Assembly (NCBI RefSeq): GCF_020745735.1
Contig: NC_083425.1
Coordinates: 48,037,575 to 48,101,574 of the forward strand
Direction: 5' to 3'
Length of the DNA: 64,000 nucleotides
DNA from: Hemiscyllium ocellatum
Taxonomy: Eukaryota
The position numbers and the translations under genes were made by a program. Each line of letters begins with the position of its first letter. Within the stretch, counting starts at the first letter, position 1. Below, in pieces: positions 38,115 to 49,853 of the stretch. The notes under the pieces were generated by a model. It saw only the letters and a program-made list of their open reading frames with translations. It searched no databases and was not told the origin of the DNA.

Positions 38115-38315
38115 TTGGAGATGCCCATGTTGGACCAGGGTGTACAAAGTTAAAAGCCACACAACATCAGGTTATATTCCAACAGGTTTAATTGGAAGCA
38201 CACTAGCTTTCGGAGCAACGCTCCTTCATCAGGTGGTTGTGTGGCACTCTGAAAGCTAATGTGCTTCCAAATAAATCTGTTGGAATATAACCTGACGTTG
38301 TGTGATTTTTAACTT
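38115..38315. mobile_element. Fold-back PLE terminus family 2
   Basis: aagttaaaa..cacacaacatcaggttatattccaacag is the reverse complement of ctgttggaatataacctgacgttgtgtgatttttaactt. Confidence 0.75.
38201..38235 (-). ncRNA. Intact minimal hammerhead ribozyme
   Basis: Minus strand reads cac-CUGAUGA-a-ggagc-guu-gcucc-GAAAGCUA-gug: stem I 3 bp, stem II 5 bp, palindromic AGCU, CUA triplet. Confidence 0.7.
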
Positions 38316-38855
38316 CCTCAATGTCTAGTTTGGTTGGAGTACTGTACATTTTGAACAAGCTACCTGGCCACTTATGTCTCCTGTCTTCACTATGAAATTC
38401 AATCTTGTTGAGATTTTCCCCTTTTGTCTGGATATGTTCAGCATTGAATCCACCAAGTCTCTTTTGACATGTCATCGCCATCTAGGCAGTACAACAATAA
38501 CCTATTTTGCTATTGTGTCTGCAAATCTTACAATGCACGTCATCCACCATTGTTCCAGGCAAAACTGTGCCAGATGAAATTTCATATGGAGCGAGCAGAT
38601 ATGGAAGAGGGGAATTATGAAGTCCAACAATGAAAACCACTTGAAGCTAGAGAACAGGCACAAACATAATTGAATAAAACACTGGTGTTTATTCCAGGGA
38701 AGATGCAATACAAAGAGACAGAAGTTGTATTACGTTTATACAAAGTTAGAGTTTAAAGTTTGGCATTCACAACTGGGCACTGGACAGATAAAGGATATGA
38801 TGACCCTGACAAGGGGCAGCAGGAATTCATCAGCATTCAAAAGGATTGCAGCAAT

Positions 38856-39830
38856 GATCATCAACGCCACACTCACAGGAATCCGATTCACTAGAGATGA
38901 AGAAAAGGACAATCAACTCCCATTCCTAGATGTGATGATACAGAGAACACCGAACGGAGAATTCACCACAAAGGTATACAGGAAAGCCACACACACAGAC
39001 CAAGTCCTGAACTACAAAAGCAACCACACCAACACACACAGTAAAGAAGTTGCATCAAGACACTATTCAAAAGGGCCACAACACACCAGAACTGCAAAAA
39101 GAGGAAAAAGAACACCTATACAATATATTCTCCAAAAACGGATACCCGCGCAATTTCATCAACAGATGCCTAAGAGAAAGACAACGGAAGGAGGACATGC
39201 CACAACCCAAAGGACTAGCCACACTACCATACATAAGGAGCATTTCCGAACTGACAGCCAGACTACTGCGACCACTAGGACTCATAACAGCACACAAACC
39301 AACAGCCACTCTCAGACAACAACTCATCAGAACGAAGGACCTGATACCCAGCATGAGCAAAACCAATGTAGTGTACAAAATCCCATGCAAGGACTGTACA
39401 AAACACGACATAGGACGAACAGGAAGACAGTTAACGATCCACATCCATGAACACCAACCAGCCACAAAACGACATGACCAGCTATCCTTAGTAGCCACAC
39501 ACGCAGATGACAAGCAACATGAATTTGACTGGGACAGCACTACTATTATAGGACAAGCCAAATAGAGAACAGCTAGGGAATTCCTAGAGGCATGACAATC
39601 ATCCACACATTCAATCAATAAGCATATTGACCTGAACCCAATATACCGACCATTGCAGCGGACAGCTGGAACTGACAACCAGAAGCAGCAGATACAAATT
39701 ACTATAAATGCCGGAGGAAACATCACAGAAGCGCTTCACAGGAGGCTCCCAAGCACTGAGGATGTCACCTAGACAGGGGACGAAACGTCTGCAACACAAA
39801 TTCCCAGCTCGGCGAACAGAACCACAACAA
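38856..39830 (+). mobile_element. 5'-truncated Penelope-like retroelement (RT thumb + GIY-YIG endonuclease + 3' terminus)
   Basis: FTRDEEKDNQLPFLDV..TKVYRKATHTDQVLNY (PLE RT); NGYP; LPYI; NVVYKIPCKDC..IGRTGR..EH (GIY-YIG); frameshifts and stops present. Confidence 0.93.
39753..39792 (+). ncRNA. Intact minimal hammerhead ribozyme in the Penelope 3' terminus
   Basis: gca-CUGAGGA-u-gucaccu-agac-aggggac-GAAACGUC-ugc: stem I gca/ugc, stem II 6 of 7 positions paired, GUC triplet. Confidence 0.75.
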
Positions 39831-41014
39831 TAGGAAATTTAATTGACTTGTAAGCTGATAGTCCATATTTTTATTTACCTGTGGCTAGAATGCATTTGCC
39901 TGTAATAAACAACAGTTCTTATTGTGTATGCGAACCTGGTCAGTGTTTTCTGTAAACCTGATTCCATTAAACACATACATTAAGGTCATTGATTATCTCA
40001 TTAACTTGTGTCAACTCCAGGAGTACTGGATCTCCACAATCAGCCACTTCCCCAAGTGGCTCTGAACTTTCCTTGTTGGGAATGGAGGGGAGGCAAGGTC
40101 TGATTATGAGGAATTGTCATAAGCTACAGCCAAACAATCACAGTGTCACTAGAAAACATTTCCTCGCATGCTGAGTCGTGGAATTCTGGATTGCTCTTCC
40201 CTCCTATTCCAACCACCACCCCAAATCAATATAAAAATGCTAAGGCCGGGGCACAATTGATAATGTCCAAACTGAGGTTAATGGATATTAGTCAAGCGAG
40301 GAGCATAGGACCAAGATCAGTAGCTGGAATTAAGATTACAATTAGCTATGATTTAACTGGAACAAGCTCAATAGACTGGACAGCCCACTGTTCTTTCTCT
40401 TATCCTATTATTTTAGTTCATTGCATAGTTCTGGTCTGCCTCTTAGCAGGACACTGGACTGTCTGTTTATGGAGTCATCTGCAAGTGTAACCCCTCAGTA
40501 CTGAGCTTCCAGTTACTGACCATCCTATTTGACATTCAGAGCTTCTGATTTCAGTCCTTCTCCCGTGTTCGCTCTTCTCGAAATTATATCTTGTGTCTTC
40601 CACCCTTCCACTAACTTACTTAACCACTCTGAAGTTTTACTCCGAATCAGGGAAGTTACAACGTAGAAAAAAAATCCAATCCATCATTCATGGGATGTGG
40701 GCAGGACTGGCTGGGCCAGCGATTATTGCCTGCCCCTAGTTGACCTTGAGAAGGTGGTGGTGAGCTACCTTCTTGAACTGCCATAGTAGGTTGACCCTAA
40801 ATGCGATTAGGGAGGGAACTCCAGGATTTGACCCAGTGACAGTGACGGTGAGTGGAGGGGAACTGTCAGGTGGTGGTGTTCCCAGGTATCTGCTGCCCTT
40901 GACCTTCTCGATGAAAGTGGTCTTGTATTCGGAAAGTTTTTTTTAAAATACATGATGGATCTCCTTGGGGCAGCCCTATACCTCAGTACCATGTTCTTCA
41001 ATTTTCTTGGCTGG

Positions 41015-41163
41015 ATCTATTTGGATGGGTATATGAATAAGGGGTTTGGAGGGATATGGGCTAGGTGCTGGCAGGTGGGACTAGATTGGGTTGGGATATC
41101 TGGTCAGCATGGACGGGTTGGACTGAAGGGTCTGTCTCCATGCTGTACATCTTTATGACTCTA
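41015..41163 (+). mobile_element. CR1/HER1 3'UTR fragment
   Basis: ggatgggtatatgaat..gaagggtctgtctccatgctgtacatctttatgactct. Confidence 0.85.
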
Positions 41164-41431
41164 ACACAGCCACCTCAATTCCCAACTGATTTCTTGATTT
41201 TTCTGTCTCTCCTTGATGTGCGTTTTCCTGCCCTTCAGCATCTGGTTTTATTTAACCATCGTTGGATGTCCTTTGCCTTGATGGGGTCTGACTTAAAATG
41301 CACTGTAATAAAAATGACATGCTGTAATTTGAAGCTGACAGGGGATTTGGAAAAAGCATAATTCCATTTTTACAACACTTGAGATAAAAAGCACAGACTG
41401 ACAAGACGGATGCGTGCGACACAGAGTGTTA

Positions 41432-41445
41432 CCAGTAGATGGCAG
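41432..41445 (+). promoter_or_regulatory. CTCF-like motif
   Basis: CCAGTAGATGGCAG matches the CCASYAGRKGGCRS consensus and lies in non-repetitive sequence. Confidence 0.4.
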
Positions 41446-41832
41446 AATTGAGGCATTGCAATCTGAGATCTGCCTGTTCATCAGCAAAGCACATTAATGT
41501 GTGAGTTGGGTCATCATTAATAAGACCATTTTTTTTAAAACAAAACAGCTTCTCGGAAAACTGTTTTTGTTTCAGATTCTGTCAGATCTTACGACAAAAT
41601 AAAAGAAATGGAATGCCACTCACACGACGCAAACTGTTTGCAAAGCCTTAGTTACATTATATCAAATAACAAAACTATGGGAAATGGACTTGGAAGCAGG
41701 TTTTCCAGGTTAAATGTTTTGGAATGAAGCTGGCAAAGTGATGATTTTGTCCCCTGAAGAGCCAAATCTGTTTTTATCACATTTACAGATTGGACTGTGG
41801 TAAAAGCAAAGGAAAGGTTTACATTTAGAATC

Positions 41833-43066
41833 AGAGTCATCGAGATGTACAGCACGGAAACAGACCCTTTGGTCCAACTCGTTCATGCCGACCTGATATC
41901 CCAAACCGATCTAGTCCCACCTGGCTGTACCCAGCCCATGTCCCTCCAAACCCCTCCTATTCATACACCCATCCAGATGCCTCTTAAATGTTGCAATTGT
42001 ACCAGCCTCCACCACTTCCTCTGGCAGTTCATTCCATACATGTACCACCCTCTGTGTGAAAATGTTGTCCCTTAGGTGTCTTTTATATCTTTCCCTCTCA
42101 CCCTAAACCTATGCCCTCTAGTTCCAGACTCCCCGACCCCAGGGAAGAGACTTTGTCTATTTAACATATCCATGCCCCTCATGGTTTTACGAACCTCGAT
42201 AAGGTCACCCCTCAGTATCCAACACTCCAGGGAAATCAGCCCCAGCCCATTCAACTTCTCCCCTGTAGCTCAGATCCTTCAACCCTGGCAAATTCCTTGT
42301 AAACCTTTTCTGAATCCTTCCAAGTTTCACAACACCTTTCTGATAGGAAGGAGACCAGAATTGCACGCAATATTCCAACAGTGGCCTAACCAATGTCCTG
42401 TACAGCTGCAACATGATCTCCCAACTCCTATACCCAATACTCTGACCAATAAAGGAAAGTATACCAAATGCCTTCTTCACTATCCTATCTACCTGTGATT
42501 CCACTTTCAAGGAGCTATGAACCTACACTCCAAGGTCTTTTTGTTCAGCACCACTCCCTTGGACCTCACCATTAAGTGTATAAGTCCTGCTAAGATTTGA
42601 TTTCCCAAAATGCAGCACCTCGCATTTATCTAAGTTAAACTCCAACTGCCACTTTCTCAGCCCATTTGTCCATCTGATCAAGATCCCATTGTAATCTGAG
42701 GTAACCTTCTTCGCTGTTTACTACACCTCCAATTTTGGTGTCATCTGCAAAGTTACTAATCATACCGCTTATGCTCACATCAAATCATTTATTTAAATGA
42801 TGAAGAGTAGTGGACCCAGCACTGATCCTTGTGGCACTCCACTGGTCACAGGCCTCCAGTCTGAAAAACAACCCTCCACCACCACCCTCTGTCTTCTACC
42901 TTTGAGCCAGTTCTGTATCCAAATGGCTAGTTCTCCCTGTATTCCGTGAGATCTAACCTTACGAACCTATTCCCCATGGGGTACCTTGTCGAATGCCTTA
43001 CTGAAGTCTATATAGATCACATCCACCACTCTGCCCTCATCAATCCTCTTTGTTACTTCTTCAAAG
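41833..43066 (-). mobile_element. CR1/HER1 LINE 3' 1.2 kb
   Basis: Minus-strand RT motifs ([36 protein letters not shown]) and tail. Confidence 0.93.
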
Positions 43067-43254
43067 AAATTTTTGTATAGAAACTTTTCCAAAGGGATTT
43101 ATGAGGTTACCTTGTGAAATAGCAAAGTTGTTATTTTTAGCATATGCAGCTATTTGAGCACAATAAGACTCCCCAGTTAACAGATAGAAGGGGGGGGTTG
43201 CTTTTAATGATAATAGGCGAGGCGAAAATATTGGCCAAGTGACCTTTTTCTCTT

Positions 43255-43500
43255 ATTTCTTGGGATGTGGACATCACTGCGTGGGTCTGCTTTTACACTC
43301 CATATCTAACTGCCCTTAGACTGATTGGCTGTCTGGGCCATTTCAGAGGCCAATTAAGAGTTATCTGGTCTTGTGTAGGTCTAGATTCACGTGTAGGCCA
43401 GACGAGGGTAAGGATGGCAGATTTCCTTCCTTCAAGGACATTAGTGAACCGGGTGGGATTTTGCAACAATGGTTACTGTGAGGCCAGATGTTTTAAAAAC
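43255..43500 (-). mobile_element. Deu-domain (SacSINE1-like) SINE
   Basis: ggccatttcagagg..tgtaggccagac..ggtaaggatggcagatttccttcc..ggacattagtgaacc. Confidence 0.7.
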
Positions 43501-43676
43501 ACATGATTAATGCTCCTGGGCACGATTTACACTCACTGTGAAAACTCAAAGTAAGTCTCCGTGTAAAATCTAGGATGAGTAAAGGGCAAGCAGTCCAGAA
43601 CTGATTGGATCCAGCCATCTAATCCATCTGTTGGCATCACAGGGTAGTCTGACCAGGGTAAAATTAGTGACCAGAA

Positions 43677-44680
43677 TGTTATGGACCAGACCAAACCACC
43701 TCAAAATATATTATGAAGGTAGTCTAGACTCTAACCTTTTCTTATTTTAAAGGTAAATGTGAGGCGCTGTGTTCCTGATGCAATTCAATTCGTCAAACTA
43801 CTTGATGTTAAGCAAAGGTTAATTTATTCAAACACTATAGTTAAAATACAAACAAAAGAAATAAGAATATAGAATAACTTAACTCTATTGGAAAATGTAA
43901 TGGAATAATAGGTACAGTACCTATTACCAATTACCATATATACTCGAGTAATTTTTTTTAACTACTTTTTAAGGTTAAACTTATAGGTCAATTACTGAAA
44001 TTCATACTGTATCATTTGCAGAAACCATATTGATCTCTAAACTAATTTTAAAAACTAATCATGGTAATTCTGAAAACCCAGAGCTAAACACATTAGCCAG
44101 TGAGCTGGAAGACCAGGAGTGGAGTGGAACAACCAGCAGACTGGAAGACTGGAGTCGGCCGGCACTCTGACATTAAGCATTGATTTACTATCTGTGAAGA
44201 ACAAGGGTTGACGTTTACACAAGATATATGGAAAATTCTAGGTTATTTGGCCAAAAATACAGTCGACTTTTACGTGAGGTTGACTATTACTCGAGTATAT
44301 ATGGTAACTGCTCCAAGAGAGTAATATCCCATAAATACACTCTCAGCAAGAAGGCAATTTCAGAAAACAGATTTTGTCTCACAAGCAATACAGCAGCTGA
44401 GGAAGAGAAACCCAGTTTTTGGCTGTAATCGAGAGAGTGGAAAGTAGCTTCCACTTCTTCAAGACGGCAACATGAACTGCTGAAAGTTAGCTAAAACTCC
44501 TTGAGCTGTAGTAATTTGACCACACCCACTCAGGCTGCTTCTATTGTTCCAACTTTAAAAAGAGCTCCAAGTCCTCGCAAGTTGTTTGTCTTCTCATAGA
44601 CTGCTTACTACCTGTCCCCCAATCTCCCTCTAAAGGAAACTGAGAAAAAACACATTGTTTAAAGCCACAGTATCATCACT
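43677..44680. mobile_element. Probable solo LTR (Gypsy-like)
   Basis: Starts TGTTATG, ends CATCACT (near-inverted ends, terminal A apparently mutated); flanked by 4-bp AGAA on both sides; ~630 bp after removing the nested MITE. Confidence 0.55.
43934..44304. mobile_element. Tc1/mariner-superfamily MITE
   Basis: Perfect 19-bp TIRs CCATATATACTCGAGTAAT / ATTACTCGAGTATATATGG, flanked by TA on both sides; no ORF. Confidence 0.88.
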
Positions 44681-44810
44681 AGAAGACTAATCATCTTAAA
44701 AAGATAGAGCAGAGGTCCACATATTGTCTCAGGGTGGTGAGATCCATCAGTCAGAGGATTGCCTGCATATTGTAAGATTTACACCACTGGATTTTGTATG
44801 GAATTTTATA

Positions 44811-45122
44811 GAAGGCCATTCAGCCTATTGAGTCCACACTGACACTTCAAAGACCACACCCCCTCCCCCTCCCCCATCCCCATAGTGTTGCACTTCCCAT
44901 GGCTTATCTATCTCGCCCAAACATCCCTGGACAATAGGGGCAACTTAGCATGGTCAAACCAGCACATCTTTGGACTGTGGGAGGAAACCAGAGCCTCTGG
45001 CTGAAAAGCACACAGACATGGGGAGATGTACAAACTCCACACAGACAGTCACCCGAGGGTAGGATTGAGCCTGCGATCCTGCTGCTTTGAGGCAGCAGTG
45101 CTAACCACTGAGCCGCACTGCC
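44811..45122 (-). mobile_element. HE1-type V-SINE (diverged)
   Basis: V-domain and head in reverse orientation. Confidence 0.85.
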
Positions 45123-45193
45123 ATTCCAAAACAAAATGAACAAAGCGAATATGGGATAATACCTTTGATCAAGTTGGTTTACAATTTCGGTGT

Positions 45194-45501
45194 TTAGATT
45201 AGATTACTTACTTAGATTACTTGCCCAACAAGTCCATACCGACCCACTGAAGCGCACCCACCCAGACCCATTCCCCTACATTTACCCTTTCACTTAACAC
45301 TATGGGCAATTTAGCATGGCCAATTCACCTAACCTGCACATTTTTGGACTGTGGGAGGAAACCAGAGCACCCGGAGGAAACCCACGCAGACACGGGGAGA
45401 ATGTGCAAACTCCACACAGTCAGTCACCTGAGGCGGGAATTGAACCCAGGTCTCTGGCGCAGTGAGGCAGCAGTGCTAACCACTGTGCCACCGTGCCGCC
45501 C
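45194..45501 (-). mobile_element. HE1-type V-SINE
   Basis: Near-consensus; ends ccaccgtgccgccc; short deletion next to the tail. Confidence 0.92.
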
Positions 45502-45504
45502 ACA

Positions 45505-45616
45505 GTGTTTCAGCACTGAAACGCTGACTCTTTTGCTTCTCAGATGCTGTCTGACCTGCTGTGCTTTTTTACACGTTTGACTCTGATCTCCAGCATCTGC
45601 AGTCCTCACTTTCTCC
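45505..45616 (+). mobile_element. Short PLE terminus (truncated)
   Basis: gaaacg..gatgctgtctgacctgctgtgc..ccagcatctgcagtcctcactttctcc. Confidence 0.7.
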
Positions 45617-46014
45617 CATTTCAGCATTACAGCCAATGGGATGCTGCACTGATCCAAACCAAAGAGGTGATGAGGTGTGGGAGTGGAATTGAATTTGGAA
45701 ATGAGGTTGGATTCCCAGCTACTGCAGTTGGATGATCAAATAAAGGACAGTGCAACCAGGAAGGGAATATGTTAGTTGCTGTTGCAAAAAGAGTTAATAA
45801 TCTGAAGGATTAATCCTGAGCAGTGCCATAGGCAATGATGTAATGCAGATCTGGTGGGAGACCCATGATCTGGGCCTTCGTCAGTCTCTCTAAAGATTCC
45901 ATTACATGAGTCTAACTTATGTTTAGTTGCTAAAGTGTAACAAATTGCATTTTGTTTAAGAAAAGTGTTTCCTTTCATTTGACCAGGAAGTGGTTTATTC
46001 AAGAAGAGCTGCAA

Positions 46015-46822
46015 AGAAAAACTGGGAACTATAGACCAGTAGGCCAAACATCTGTGGTAGGTAAGTTACTTGAGGAGATTCTGAGATATAAGGTACACAT
46101 TTGGAAAAACAGGGTTGGATTAGGAGCAGTTAGCATGGCTTTGTGCATGGGAGATCATGCCTCATGCCTTAACATTGTTAGAATTCTTTGATGAAGTGAC
46201 CAGGAGGGCTGATGGGGGCAGGGCAGTATACATAGTCTATATGGATTTCAATAAGGCCTTTGATAAAGCTCCACATGGTATGATGCTCTGGAATATCAGA
46301 TCGTGTGGAATCCAGGGGAGCTGGCAAGTTGGATACACAATTAGTTTGATGGTAGGAAGCAGAGGGTAGTAGTGGAAGGCTGCTTGGCGGACTGGAGGCC
46401 TGTGACTAGTGGAGTGCCTCAGGTGCAGGGCCCATTGCTGTTTATTATCTATATCAATGATTTGGATGAGGATGTACAAGGCATGATTAGTAAGTTTGCA
46501 GATGACACTAAAATGGGTGGTATCATGGACAGTGGGGAAGGCTATCAGAAATTGCAGGACCTTAATCAGCTGGGGAAGTGAGCTGAGAAAGGGCAAATGG
46601 AGTTTAATATAGATAAGTGTGAGATCTTGTATTTTGGAAAGTCAAATCAAGGCAGGAGTTTCATAATGAATGGTGGGACCTTAAGGAGTGTATTGGGGCA
46701 GGGGAAACCTTGGAGTTCAGGTGCACAGTTCTCTGAAAGTGGAATCACAGGTAGATAGGATAGTGAAGAAGGCTTTTGACACACTGGCCTTCAGTCAGAG
46801 CATTGAATATAGACGTTGGGAA
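46015..46822 (+). mobile_element. CR1 RT fragment, followed by an HE1 3' fragment (to ~46960)
   Basis: NYRPV, YMDFNKAFDKAPH, SGVPQ, YINDLD, KFADDTK. Confidence 0.9.
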
Positions 46823-47519
46823 GATAAATTGCCCATATCTCCAAGGATATGCAGGCCATGGGAAATGTTGGGGTCTAGGGTCTGGGCTTGGGTTTAGGTG
46901 GGGCACTGTTCAGAGAGTTGGTATGGGCCAAATGGCTTCCTTCCACACTGATTCTAAGATGTGAACATTACCATGCTGTTTTTTGTGAGACCGTTTTGTG
47001 CACAAATTGCCTATCCTGTTTCCAATGTTAAAACATGGCCAAAACTTCCAAAGAACCCCATTGCATTTAAAGGACTCTGCAACGTCTTAGGATTGTGAAA
47101 GCAGCAAAAGAATTGCAAAGCCTAACCTTCCACTGAGCTGAACCGGTTAATGAAATGCTTTTAACCACTTTGCTAAACAGAGTTAGAAAATGAACAAGAT
47201 TGTTTTGCTCCTTTGCTTCTGGTACAGCAGCCAAATGAATCACCTCAGGATAAATTGTGTCCTCAGCAAATTGTCCTATCACTCTCGGATGGCTGTGAAA
47301 ATTCTCCCAACTATCCGTCCTAATTATCCACATGCATCTTGTTTGAATATTGATTGGACTTATCAATCTGAATTTCAGCACAGCTATCAAATATTATCCG
47401 CTCTGACCTGAAGGAAGACGAATGAGGGAGAATGATGCAGACAGATACTGTATTCTCATCTCAGTGTGTTTAAAAAGTGTGTTCATGGATCTCGCTCTCA
47501 ACGTAGACTCACCAGGGAT

Positions 47520-47645
47520 TTGAAGAAGGGCTCATGCTCGAAACGTCGATTTTCCTGTTCCTTGGATGCTGCCTGACCAGCTGTACTTTTCCAGCAACGC
47601 ATTTTCAGCTCTGATCTCCAGCATCTGTCGTCCTCACTTTCTCCT
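47520..47645 (+). mobile_element. Short PLE terminus, HHR 5'-clipped
   Basis: tgaagaagggctcatgctcGAAACGTC + family body. Confidence 0.72.
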
Positions 47646-47770
47646 CAGGATTTGTCAGGCCAAATTATCAAAAATGTAATGGCCTGGATCTTCGAAGCAG
47701 TGACAATCATGAACAGATTGTCTTTAAACTCACTTTCTTCTTCAAGATGGTGCTGCTCTGTGATCCTTGA

Positions 47771-48088
47771 TTAGAATTAGATTAGATTACTTACAGTGTG
47801 GAAACAGACCCTTCGGCCCAACAAGTCCACACCGACTCGTCGAAGCGCAACCCACCCATACCCCTCCATTTACCCCTTACCTAACACTACGGGCAATTTA
47901 GCATGGCCAATTCACCTGACCCGCACATCTTTGGACTGTGGGAGGAAACCGGAGCACCCGAAGGAAACCCACGCAGACACGGGGAGAACGTGCAAACTCC
48001 ACTCAGTCTGTCGCCTGAGTCGGGAAATGAACCCGGGTCTCAGGCGCTGTGAGGCAGCAGTGCTAACCACTGTGCCACCGTGACACCC
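47771..48088 (-). mobile_element. Young HE1-type V-SINE, full length
   Basis: Nearly identical to 11280-11525 and includes the head. Confidence 0.93.
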
Positions 48089-48089
48089 A

Positions 48090-48560
48090 CAGTTAGTTGT
48101 ACTGTCACATGGACTGACACGAGGGCAGTGAAAACTTTACAAGTCGCCACTTATGATGCCACCTTAGGTATCAAGGTAGCTAGATCTGGATTCTTGAGTA
48201 CAAATTCTTAAGGAAAAATGATTAGGAAATGAGGAAATAAGATGTCCAGCATTACAGACCCTCAAAAGTACAAAATGATAGTAATGAATTAGAAAAATAA
48301 AGAGATAAAAATTTTGTGATAATATAATAAAGGAAAAACAAGAGGGTTTAAGACAAAATCCACTTCATCCATTTCGTGACTCTCAGCTCGAGGACCTGAC
48401 CCCTGTAGGAATCCCGGGCAAGACTCATCACAATGTCACACAAAATGCCACATGGAGTCACGGACTGACTGAAGCTGTTAGATCTCCAGAGGACCCACCC
48501 ACCCATTGCAGCTTCTCCAGGATTCCCGTACAGCCAGAGGAAGACAAACCACCTCATCTT
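48090..48560 (-). mobile_element. Non-autonomous retroelement related to 5010-5535
   Basis: tgtcacat..cagtgaaaa..gtcgccac..tgccaccttagg is the reverse-complement counterpart of 5447-5517. Confidence 0.5.
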
Positions 48561-49137
48561 TTCTTTTCCAGCATAAGTTTAACTCAGCAGTTCAAATGTT
48601 AGTGGTTGGGAATATAGGTAGGTGGGTGAGGAAAGCGGGGAGGTGGTTCTGCTGGTTGGTGGCTCAGGTGAGATGGTAGATGGGTGAAGTGGCAGGTGGG
48701 AAGTGTAAGTAGGTGGGATCGGAGGGTGGGGTCTTCAAGTTGGGAGCAAGTCACTTTGGGTCAAGGGCTGGTTGGGTGTAGGGGAGGGCTAGATAGATCT
48801 AGAGCCAGTTGACTAGTAACAGGATGTTGAAGGTTAGTATGGTCAGGTGTAGTTAGGCTCGGTAGACAGTCAGTCTGGGCTTCAGGGCAATTGTGGGATT
48901 GGAGTTTATCAGGGTACAGGAGTTAGATTTAGATAGCTGGTGAGGTGTACTCAAGGGTGCTAGGGGAGCTAATCCTGGATTCAGAGCTGAGTTGGGTTGG
49001 ATTGGGATTTGGTCAGGAGGGTAGTTCTGTTGGGCAGATCTGGAGGAAAGTGAAAGGTATTCTGGGATGTTACTTTGGATTCAGGGGCACAGTCAGATAG
49101 GAGAGGAAGGATGGGGAGGGAATAAGCACAGTTTTTT

Positions 49138-49454
49138 TTAGATTAGATTCCCCTACAGTGTGGAAACAGGCCCTTTGGCCCAACAAGTCCACACAGACCC
49201 TCCGAAGAGCAACCTACCCAGACCCATTTCCCTTGTGACTAATGCACCTAACACCATGGGCAATTTAGCATGGCCAATTCACCTGCCCTGCACATCTTTG
49301 GATTGTGGGAGGAAACTGGAGCACCCAGAGGAAACCCACGCAGACACTGGGAGAATGTGCAAACTCCACACAGGCAATCACCCAAGGCTTGAATCGAACC
49401 TGAGACCCAGGCACTGTGAGGCAGCAGTGCTAACTACTGAGACACCATGCCGCC
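49138..49454 (-). mobile_element. HE1-type V-SINE
   Basis: Tail, V-domain and head present. Confidence 0.92.
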
Positions 49455-49725
49455 ATAAGGAAGGAAGGAAGACGAGGACTCATGGAAGGAAGTCAAGGAG
49501 TTGGAGGGATTAGCTATACTGCGGCGGAGGGATAGTCAAGTAGATGAGGGAAGTAGTAATGGGGTCAGAAGGTATTCATGATCAGGGATTTAATGGGGGG
49601 GGGGGTTAGAGGAATATTAGGTTCAGGTTGGTGGTTTCATGGTTGTCAGAGGGGTAATCACAAGGACCAGAAGCCAGTCAGAGAGCAGTTGAAAGAATAT
49701 TGGGGCTTGTCAGTGTAAGTGACTG

Positions 49726-49853
49726 GAGGAAGTGAAGACTGCAGATACTGGAGGTCAGAGTCAGCAGTGTGGAGTTTGAAAAGCACAGTGGATCAGGCAG
49801 CATCTGAGGAGCAGGAGAATCGATGTGTCAGGCATAAGCCCTTCTTCAGGAAT
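49726..49853 (-). mobile_element. Short PLE terminus (decayed)
   Basis: aagtgaagactgcagat..caggcagcatctgaggagcagg..gcccttcttcagg. Confidence 0.7.

Noticed and set aside
48600-49720. G/T-rich skewed stretch
   Set aside because: No resolvable period, ORF or termini; probably a decayed low-complexity part of an old element that I cannot classify
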